A DNA stretch of 64,000 nt from Naegleria gruberi (taxonomy: Eukaryota), in the NCBI GenBank assembly GCA_000004985.1, contig GG738845.1. One strand, written 5' to 3'. The notes under the pieces are model-generated. The model searched no databases. It was not told where the DNA came from and saw nothing but the letters and a program-made list of their open reading frames with translations. Every line of letters begins with the position of its first letter. The stretch's first letter is position 1. Made by a program: the position numbers and the translations under genes. This document shows positions 32,637 through 42,079 of this stretch, piece by piece.

Positions 32637-33014
32637 TTGTTGATGTCAGACACTGTAAAGAAGCTTCATTCGGTTTCTGGACGAAGTTTTGCACAACCAA
32701 CAATTAGTAGTTTGAATCTATCAAAAAGTAACCAAGCAGGAATACTCTCCCCTATTCGGAAAAGACAAACTCCTCAAGCAGATTTTGCAAACAAACAATT
32801 TAAAAAGGAGAATGTAAGGAAACCATCAGCACCTCCAAATCAACAAAAACCTTCCGATAACAACATTGTGACATCAAATAAGCAGATAGACAAGAAAGAG
32901 ATTCTAAGAAGGCAAATATACGCAACCAATCACATGATGAAAATAATAGAAAATCAAAAGTGGGAATTATTAAAAAAGGGGCGTCATAACTCAAATGCTT
33001 CATATACCTTATAA
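32637..33014 (+). CDS. Hypothetical small basic protein of 125 aa; the coding status is uncertain.
   Basis: The only support is an open frame sitting in the divergent spacer between two genes. The predicted protein is Lys/Gln/Ser-rich and shows no recognisable domain. Confidence 0.2.
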   Translation: MLMSDTVKKLHSVSGRSFAQPTISSLNLSKSNQAGILSPIRKRQTPQADFANKQFKKENVRKPSAPPNQQKPSDNNIVTSNKQIDKKEILRRQIYATNHMMKIIENQKWELLKKGRHNSNASYTL

Positions 33015-33144
33015 TATTATTATATACACTTAATTTAAAAACTGATTAAATATTCCATAATTCTATCTCCTTTCAAAAACAATCACAGAATATTGTCATA
33101 ATTTCCGTTATCAGTTGGTAAGTTGATAGAAAAACAGTCATAAA

Positions 33145-33154
33145 TTTAAAGTAC
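33145..33154. promoter_or_regulatory. TTTGGCGCCA (E2F-like site), about 55 bp upstream of the PACRG ATG.
   Basis: The sequence is gtacTTTGGCGCCAtaaaat. Confidence 0.3.
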
Positions 33155-33207
33155 TTTGGCGCCATAAAATTTACAGCATTAAATCAAAACAAAAAAAAAT
33201 ACAAAAC

Positions 33208-34298
33208 ATGGACACCAATAATTTAGGCCAAGGTCCAACTGCAGATTTTAAAGGAGAATATGTTCATCCTGTTGTCTCTGCAAATAAGGGAACAGCATCA
33301 TCACTGTTGCTTGAAGAATACACCAAGACCCACATTTGTAAAAATCCTTTGAAAGGAGGAGGAAAACAATCCAGGCCCGATGCAACTTTTCTTCCAAAAT
33401 CAAGTGAATCTCCTTTTGGAAGTTTCCCAAATGAAATGAAGCCAAGAACAATGAAGACTCAAAGAATTCAATCATCGACAGAATCTTCCCTTGATTCAGG
33501 ATTGGTTGGTTCTAAAATGTTGTCAAGTAAAACTACCTTGGAAAAAACTGAAAAGGGAACTTTCATGTGGAGCTCTAAGAAAATTGGATCTGGAGGAGCC
33601 TCAAGCTCTTTAAGAGAAGGTAAAAAGCCAACACCTCCACCAAAACCTGTTGCTGGTGCAATGGAAAGAAGATCCATCCCAGAAACACAATTCAGAAAGT
33701 TTTACGAAAGAGGAGACTTACCAATCTCTATTAAACATGAGGGAACAAATGAAATCCATTGGAAAGTTAAAGCTGAAAAACTCGATTATCATCACTACCT
33801 TCCAATATTTTTTGATGGGTTAAGAGAAAAAGAAGAGCCATATAGATTTTTAGCAGTGCAAGGAACATTTGATTTGTTAAAATATGGTAAAGATAAGATT
33901 GTGAACTGCATACCACAACTAATTATTCCAATCAAGAGTAAGTAATATTACTGTAATATTCCATATTCTTTTACCCTAAAATAAGCTGCTTTAAATACAA
34001 GGGATCCTGAAATTATATGTACAGTACTGAAAGTAATCCAACAATTAGTTTTATCAAATGAGAAAGTTGGTGAAGCCCTAGTTCCTTACTATAGACAAAT
34101 TCTTCCAATTTTCAATCTCTTCAAGACCAATAATATCAATCTTGGAGATGCCATTGAATATTCTCAAAGAAAGAGACTAAATATTGGTGATTTAATTGAA
34201 GAAACTCTTCAACTGTTAGAGCAAGAAGGAGGTGAAGATGCATTTATTAATATTAAATACATGATTCCAACCTATGAATCGAGCGTGCTCAATTAAAC
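33208..34298 (+). CDS. PACRG: Parkin co-regulated gene protein (PACRG), an axonemal inner-junction protein. Two exons: about 33208-33937 and 33986-34298.
   Basis: [54 protein letters not shown]...IPQLIIPIK|[86 protein letters not shown] is near-colinear with human PACRG. The intron has a GTAAGT donor and an AG acceptor, and the stop codon is at about 34296-34298. Confidence 0.85.
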
Positions 34299-34378
34299 AA
34301 TGTTTCCCCTTGTATAGAATCCAAAAATAAACCCTTTCTTTAAAACGTCACATTTTAAATTTCATCCAAATCAAAAAA

Positions 34379-35363
34379 ATGGTGGAAAGTACGTTACCTC
34401 TGTCAATTAACTCATTATTTTAATATTTATTAGAACATACTATTGGTATTTTTGGTCCTTATGCTGTCGGAAAAACAAGTGTTTCAGGTTAGTTTCTTGA
34501 GAATTTCTACTAATTTCTAATTAAAATTATAAAACAGTACAATTTGTGGAAAATAAGTATACGGAAACTCATGATCCTACAATAGGTTAGTTGACTAAAT
34601 AATATTTTGATTAAAAATTATTCAAAAGAGGATTACTTTGAAATAACAAAGAATATTAGAGGAATAACATCTAACATTACAATATTGGATACAGCTGGAC
34701 AGGAAAGGTTTGTTATTCACTAATAATAATAATAATATTTAATAATTTGAAAGCTATCAAAGTTTATTATCGGGTTTGTTTCTTTAACACTTTTTTAAAA
34801 TAATATTTTCAAAAACAGATGCCATGAGTGAAGCCGAAGGTAAGATTTATAAATTTATAGTTTAGGATTAACTGAAATTAAAAGGATTTATTTTGGTATA
34901 TAGTGTTGTGGATAGAGAATCTTTTGAAAAAGTTCAAAAATTGAGAGAAAAAGTAACAATGGTACAAAGTGCAACTGTGCCAGTTATTCTTGTTGGAAAC
35001 AAAGCTGATTTAGAAGATGAACGTCAAGTTTCTACTAGTGAAGCAGAGCAACTTGCGCATGGAGTTGGATGTCCCTTCATTGAAGCATCAGCAAAAACTG
35101 GACTAAATATTGAGAAAATATTTGAGTTGATTGTTTGTCAAGTTAGAAAATCAAAAGGTCTAAAAATTTCACTAGATGGAAATAATGACGATTTACCAAA
35201 CATAATCTCTCAAACAACAACAAATGATAACTCATTACATGTTTCCAATGAACCCTCAACACCAACTTCCCCTAATCAAAAAAAAACAAGGAAAAATTCA
35301 AACAGTAAAGATACAAATCTTAATTCCCCAAACAATAAGAGAAAGGATTGTGATATTCAATAA
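34379..35363 (+). CDS. Ras-family small GTPase, Rheb-like, with a C-terminal CAAX box (CDIQ). Seven exons, including microexons of 10, 20 and 21 nt.
   Basis: The assembled protein reads MVEK|HTIGIFGPYAVGKTSVS|VQFVENKYTETHDPTI|EDYFEITKNIRGITSNITILDTAGQE|SYQSLLS|DAMSEAE|GFILVYSVVDRESFEKV...VPVILVGNKADLEDERQV...EASAKTGLNIE...CDIQ. The G1-G5 motifs are present. Positions 12 and 13 are Tyr-Ala, non-canonical as in Rheb. The spacing between DTAGQE and ILVYS equals that in Ras and Rheb. All introns are 40-50 nt GT..AG. Confidence 0.6.
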
Positions 35364-35480
35364 AATTTATTTCAATAAAAGTAAAAATACATGTTCAATT
35401 CAAAAAGTACTGTATTATTGGAATGAAAAATTCAATTTCAATCTTTAAAAAAAAATAATAAAAAAATTTGAAAAGAAAAA

Positions 35481-38396
35481 ATGGCCCAATACCTAACTAC
35501 AAAGGCCGAAAACGCTCTCAAGAGAACGGCTGGTATGTAATTATTCATCACTTCATTAAAAATATTAACCAATTTTCTTGCAGATTACATCCAATCTGAA
35601 CAATTAAATTTAGCTTTCCTTGAACTTGGAGCAATTGTCTCTAAATTCGGTCGTCAAATCAAAACATGGCACGAAATTTATGAAGATGTTGCTAAAAGAT
35701 TCATCAAGGTATCTGTAGAGTTAAGAAAAGCCCAAGAAATCAAGAACGTCCTTTCTTCATATAGAATTCTCTGTCAATCAAGCGAAATCAAATCATTTGG
35801 TAATGTTATTTTGTTGTACTTGGACCAAGCTGAAAAACGCACACAAAAGGCTATCGAAAAGTCCAAGAGCAAATCCTTGACTCTCGAAAAGGATTTAGAA
35901 AACGAAATTCCAGAAAACATCCTTCTTTATGAAGTTTCCGGAGAAGGATTAAAGGATAGAACTGACCGTGAAATTGTTACACCATGGATGAGATTTTTGT
36001 GGGAAACCTATAGATTGGTACTCGAACTCTTAAAGAAGGATCCACAATTAGAATCCATCTATCATGAAACTTGTAAGAGAGCTTTTGATTTTTGTCTTAA
36101 GTATGAAAGAAAGACAGAATTTAAGAGACTTTCTGATCTTTTACGTGCTCATATCAAAGGTGTAGAAATGTCATCTTACGAAAGCATTGCACAATATCTC
36201 TCTGCTCGTTTCTTCCAATTAACTGTTGCTATCAAATTGGATTTATGGCAAGATGCTTTCAAGAGTGTCGAAGACATTTACTATTTGATTTCTACATCAA
36301 AGAGTGTTGTTATTCCACAAGCAGAACTCTTGAATTACTATGAACAGTTGACAAAGATTTTCTGGACTTCAAAGAACTACATTCTCCATGCTTATGCTCA
36401 CTATAAGGCTTTTGCAATTCATAAGAGTATTTCTAATTCCTCTGTATTGCAAACCTCCGCTAACAGTTTGTTACTTTCCACTCTTACCACTCCATCAAAC
36501 ACTAGTAATGAAACTCTTCCAACAGACTTTATTTCTGTTAGAAATGAAAGAAGATTAGTTTCTCTCTTAGGTTTGAGTGTTCCACCAAGTAAAGAGCTCC
36601 TTGTATCTGAATTAGATGCCAAGAATGTAACACAATTAGTAGATACTCAATTGAGAGACCTTTATAGAATTCTTGAAGTTGATTTCAGTCCACTTAAAAT
36701 GTGTGAAAAGATCAAGCCAATTTTAGAATATGTCAAATCAAAGGAAGATTTAGCTATTTATTATGAACCTCTTAAACAAATTACTGTTACAAAATTGTTA
36801 CAACAACTTGCAAGAGCTTTCCAAAGTATCAAAATTGAAACTGTATCCAAGATGGCTGATTTTGTATCTTTAATTCAACTTGAAAAGATTCTTGTTGAAA
36901 ATGCAAACACTGGTAAAATTCAAGTTATCATTGATCATGGAAAGGGTGTTTTGGTATTCGGTAAATCACCAAGAACTTTCGATGCTAATGATGTACATAA
37001 TCAAATCGCCTTGTTCGGTAAAAGAATTCATGATGTCATTGATATGATTCATCCAGAAAGAAAGGAAGAAAAGGAAAAGAAGAGAAAGAAGTTCATTGCT
37101 GATGTTTCTAAGAAGCTTTCTCCAGAAATTGAACAAATTTCTATCAGAAACGACTTTATTAGAATGAAAAAGTTGTGGCACGAACAAGAACACAAGAGAG
37201 CCTTGGAAAAGGTTGAAGAAAGAAAAGTTGAACTTGCCAAACAACGTGAATTGGAAGAAGAAAGAATTGCCCAACAAGAAGCCAAGAATAGAGAAGAAGA
37301 AAAGAAGAGAAGAGAAAGAAAAATTGCTGAAGAAAAGAAGAAGAGAGAAATTATTGATATGATTACCAATAATAACACTAAAGCAGAACAAGATTTGTTA
37401 AAGGTAGCCAATAAGTCTCTCAAAAAGAAGCTCACTTCCCTTATTGAAATGGAAATGGATGACATTATCGAACTTAAGAGAAGCGAAATTCAACGTGAAA
37501 AGAAGGAAAAGGAGAAGAAATTGGTAGAAAAATCCAAGAATATGGACTATCTTGAAATTACTAGACGTGAAATTGAAATGCCACTCTTTGATGATTATAA
37601 TAAGAAACAACAACAATCAAATAAGGAATCATTCGATAGTTATGTCAGTAAGCAAAACCTTGAACTTCAAAAGGAGTTAACTGAAATGAGACAAAAGAAA
37701 CAAGAATTATCCAAATACTTTGTTGATACTACATACTTTGCATCTGAATTTGTTTTGAAGAAGAGAAAGGAAGAATTTGAAAGATTAAAGTCAGAACAAG
37801 ACAAGAGAAAACAACAAAAGAAGGAAGAATGGGAAACTAAACGTGTTGCTATTATCGAAGAAATTGAAAGAAGAAGAAAGAAGGAAGAAGAAGAAAGAGA
37901 AATCAGAAGAAAGGAAGAAGAAGAACGTAAAAAGAAGAGAGAACAAGAAATGGAAGAAGAACGTAAAAAGAAGGATGAATATGATAGAATTCAAAGACAA
38001 AAGGATGAGGAATATTATCAAAGACAAAAGGAAAAACAAGCTGAAATTGAAAAGAGACTCCAAGGCCAACAACAAACACCAAAGAAACAAGACAGATGGG
38101 GTGGTTTGGATAGTGAATCATCTTCACCATTTGGTGGTGCCAAGAAGTCTAGTGGTTATGTTCCTCCTCACTTGAGACGTCAAGAATCTGCATCTGATGC
38201 TCCAAAGGAACAAACTGAACAAAAGCCAGAAACTAATAATAGACGCTTTGCTGGATCCGATGAATCTTTCTCTGCCTTTGGTAAAAAGCCAGCAAGTGGT
38301 ACAGGCGGCTCAAGTGGCTCAAGTGGTGCAGGTGGTAGAGGTGGATTTGGTAGTAACAACAACAACCGTGATGGTGGCGATAGATGGAGAAAATAA
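35481..38396 (+). CDS. EIF3A: Translation initiation factor eIF3 subunit A. Two exons: about 35481-35532 and 35584-38396.
   Basis: GEGLKDRTDREIVTPWMRFLWETYRLVLELLKKD resembles human [51 protein letters not shown] resembles MELWQEAFKAVEDIHGL. The protein has a PCI-domain region and a long K/E/R-rich helix, with an RWGG/GGFG-rich tail. The first intron is GTATGT..CAG. Confidence 0.9.
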
Positions 38397-38463
38397 TCGT
38401 CTTATTAAATATTATTTATTGTTAAACATATTTTGTTTTTTAATTGGATTTTTAAATTAAAAA

Positions 38464-39036
38464 ATGTCATCAAAAAAGGATTGGAAAATCACTGTTGTGA
38501 CAAATAATGAAGGAAATATAAAACCATTCAATTACATTAGTGGTGTAGCTGTTGAATCATCTTCTTCTTCAAATACTACCAAGGATATCTCGGAAAAGAA
38601 GAAACAACAATTGGATCTCAAACAAAAGAAATGTTGGGAATTTGCCACAAGTCCTTTCCGTGGTTTATTCATGAATGTTTTTCTGATGTGGATGATTGGA
38701 AATCAAATCAATATTTTCCCAATAATTTTTACTGCTATGGCCATTATGAACCCTATTAAAGCCATGCTAGGAATTGGTCAAGGTATGTGTTATTGGTTTT
38801 CATAAATTTACTAATAATTCTTTAAAGCTTTTCAATCTTTCGACTCGGAAGAGGGAGGAAAAATTAATACAATCTTGCCAAAAATTGTTTACTTTTTACT
38901 TCAATGTGTATCTTTAGGAATGGCAGTTGTAAAACTATTTTACATGGGTCTGCTGCCAAACGAATCCGATTGGGCTCACACAACTCCTCTCCATCCAACT
39001 GAATTTGTTGTTCCTTTAGTATCAAACAATATGTAA
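38464..39036 (+). CDS. EMC4: ER membrane protein complex subunit 4 (EMC4/TMEM85). Two exons: about 38464-38782 and 38828-39036.
   Basis: KKCWEFATSPFRGLFMNVFLMWMIGNQINIFPIIFTAMAIMNPI...LFYMGLLPNESDWA matches the conserved EMC4 core, which ends in ...mGLLPt..SDWla. The intron is GTATGT..AAAG and the frame is maintained across it. Confidence 0.75.
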
Positions 39037-39076
39037 ATTCAAATTGAATTAATAAAAATCAAAAAAAAATTAAAGA

Positions 39077-40142
39077 ATGAAAAAGAAGGTTCTATTGATG
39101 GGAAAGGTAGGTTGACAGTTATGTACTTTTCTCTGATCAGAGGTTTAAAAACCCGATTAAAGAGTGGAAGTGGTAAAACTTCAATGCGTTCTATCATTTT
39201 TGCCAATTATATTGCTCGTGATACAATGCGTCTCGGAGCTACTATTGATGTAGAACACAGCCACGTTAAATTTCTTGGAAATTTAGTTTTAAATTTGTGG
39301 GATTGTGGTGGTCAAGGTTGGTGTTTAATTATTCTTAAATAACTGTATATTTAATTATTTTATAATTTTAAAAAGAGGCATTCATGGAGACCTATCTTGA
39401 ATCACAAAGAGATCACATTTTCCGTAATGTAGAGGTTCTTATATATGTTTTTGATGTTGAAAGTAAAGAATTGACTAAAGATTTGGCTTATTATCATGAT
39501 TGTTTGGAAGCAATAATGCAAAATTCGAAGAATGCCAAAATATTTTGTCTCATTCACAAGATGGATTTAGTACCAGAAGATCAAAGAGACAAAATTTTCC
39601 GTAAAAAGGAACAAGAACTCAGACAATTATCATCACCAATGAAAGTAACTTGTTTCCGTACTTCAATATGGGATGAAACACTCTACAAGGCTTGGAGTAC
39701 TATTGTTTATAGTTTAATTCCTAATATTCAAAGTATTGAGGCAAACCTTGATAATTTTACAAAGATTTGTGGAGCTGATGAGGTAGTTTTATTCGAAAGA
39801 GCTACATTCCTTGTGATATCACATAGTACAAGCCATGAACATCCAGACGTTCATCGTTTTGAGAAAATTTCAAATATTATCAAACAATTTAAAATCAGTT
39901 GTTCAAAGGCACAATCTCAATTTCAAAGTATGGAGGTAAAGAATTCTCAATTTTCTGCTTATATTGAAGGTTTTACACCAAACACATATATTATGGTTAT
40001 ATTGAGTGATACAAGTATACAGAGCGAGGCTGTTCATATGAATATTAGGGTTGCAAAGAAGCACTTTGAAAAGTATTTGAAAGTTTCAACTACAGAGGGA
40101 GGTCAACAAATTGCCTATGATCCTTCTTCCAATGTTTTGTAA
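39077..40142 (+). CDS. RRAGA: Ras-related GTP-binding protein A/B (RagA/B, Gtr1). Three exons: about 39077-39106, 39163-39316 and 39376-40142.
   Basis: [10 protein letters not shown]|[51 protein letters not shown]|[33 protein letters not shown]...[24 protein letters not shown]...FLVISH...[19 protein letters not shown] is near-identical in pattern to human RRAGA. Confidence 0.9.
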
Positions 40143-40156
40143 AGTAAATTAATGAT

Positions 40157-41844
40157 TTATTGTAATTTGACAGGTCTCTTTTGATGTTCCACATTTTTCC
40201 ACTCCTCACCTTCTTGTGTTGGTGCACTTTTCAAAAGGCTTTTCATTAGCAATTCATAAGTAGAGTGATGAGGTTCAAATTCTTCTCTTAATACCAGGTT
40301 AAAATTCTCCTCTGTTGTTGAGTGAATTGACAATTCCAAAACCCACCAAAATGAAGGCACAAAAAGAATTTCATGTTCCTCCAATTCTACAGAAATTGCA
40401 ATTGAGTTTTTAAGGAAATTATTTTGAGTTTTTAAATTTTCCACAATATTAAAAGGATCAATTGAGGATATCACTGTATGACTATGAATTCCAGTCCATT
40501 GTTGAAATTTCCAATCCATCACTGAAACTTTTGGTTTCATACTATCAGAGTGTAGAGGATCAAAAAGAATAAATTTTGTTTTGCCCTTAATTTGAATAAA
40601 AATACTCTCCTTATTTGTTTGATAAATAGGGAGGACAAAATTGTTTAACAAAATATCATCAGAGTATGATAATCTCATAGAGATAGATCTAAAGTGTAGA
40701 GATTCTCTAACAATATTTGGTTGAAATGGTAGTGAGTTAGTCAACCATTTTTGATTGATTTTAACTATCTGATATGGAATCATAAATCCACCTTTTGACC
40801 AGTAAGTATTGTAATATTAAATCTTTTGACCTACCTGGTTTGTGATTGCTTCTCAATCTTTCATAATTATTATAATGATCCATTTGGTCATTCCATGTTG
40901 ATCTCTTCCAAGAAAATGATAATTTTGGATTTTGTAACGCATTTTCTATTTGAAAACCTGAGCCAGTTATTAAATCATCAATAATTGCCTGAGTAGATGC
41001 AATACGTTCAAATCCATCAGCAAACAAAACAGGTTCATCATTATTTTCGTATTTTTGATTCTTAATATTATTTAAATTAGAAACAACACTATCTCTTATT
41101 TGAGATTGATCTGCAACATCTGTTTCTATATGATGTTTAAATGGAAATTCCTCTGACATTTGCCCTAAAAGTGGAAACACGTTTGATTTGATTTGAGTTT
41201 TGATTTGGTCTACTCCATGGAGAGGTTTCTGAGTAACAATGAAAAATTCTTGTTTTTTTAAATTATCAATAAAGGTGTAATGCCATCCAGCTTTGAAACA
41301 TTTCCATTCTCTTCTAGGTAAGGTTTTTAAACCTGAAAGTTTTACTGGTCGTCCATTTGCAATAAAGCTACATATTAAGAAAATATTTACAAATTTCACA
41401 ATGAATTCATTTTGTTGTAACTTACTATTTGAAAAATATAGTTCCTTTTGGAAGTTTTTCTCTAAACTCAGGTACTCTAGTTCTATCACCACGATCTTCT
41501 CCCTCAATTTTTTCAATACTTCTCTCTAAATGTACTAATTGTTCTTCATCTCTATCGGGAGATGTTCCACTGAATAACGTATGATCCTGATTTAATTTTG
41601 AATTCCATAATCTCATATTCTCAAATACTTTTCGCGTCACAAATTCATAAGTCATTTCTTTATGGTGTAGAATATTAGAAACTGGATTAATTTTGTTTCC
41701 TTTCATAAATCCAAACAATGGAGCAAACACAACAGATCCAATAAGACATCCAATAGTAAAAATCAACAATAGAATTAAAATGTTTAAAATTGCCATTTTT
41801 TCACTTTCCAATAATTCACCATTTGATTTATACAAATCCATCAT
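40157..41844 (-). CDS. Type-II membrane-anchored protein with a JmjC/cupin-like domain (JMJD8-like?). Three exons: about 41844-41426, 41367-40835 and 40791-40157.
   Basis: The N-terminus has a transmembrane helix AILNILILLLIFTIGCLIGSVVFAPLF. The frame is maintained through GTAAGT..TGTAG and GTAGGT..AAAAG introns of 58 and 43 nt. A candidate HxD metal-binding motif reads FILFDPLHSDSM, with further His residues downstream. Confidence 0.4.
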
Positions 41845-42079
41845 GATTGAATGGGAAAACTATCGTCATCAAGTTTCTTCGATTCTTGTTCAATTTGGTT
41901 TGATGACATTTTTTTAAAACCATGGAAGATTTTGCTTGGATCAAAAAGGTTCTCACCAAATAATCAAGTTCATAAGAAAAAATTGTCTCTTGTGTGAGTC
42001 TCTCTACAACAGAACATACGATCAACACGAATCATCACATCATCTTGTTTACCAATTTAATTTGTAATAATTTTTTGAA

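Noticed and set aside
36966-38175. Several antisense or alternate-frame ORFs (36966-37391, 37049-37465, 37791-38090, 37843-38175, 37903-38130) lie inside eIF3a.
   Set aside because: The purine-rich GAA/AAG repeats that encode the K/E/R-rich eIF3a helix stay open in other frames and on the opposite strand. Their translations are homopolymeric and Phe/Leu/Ser- or Lys-rich. They are low-complexity artefacts.
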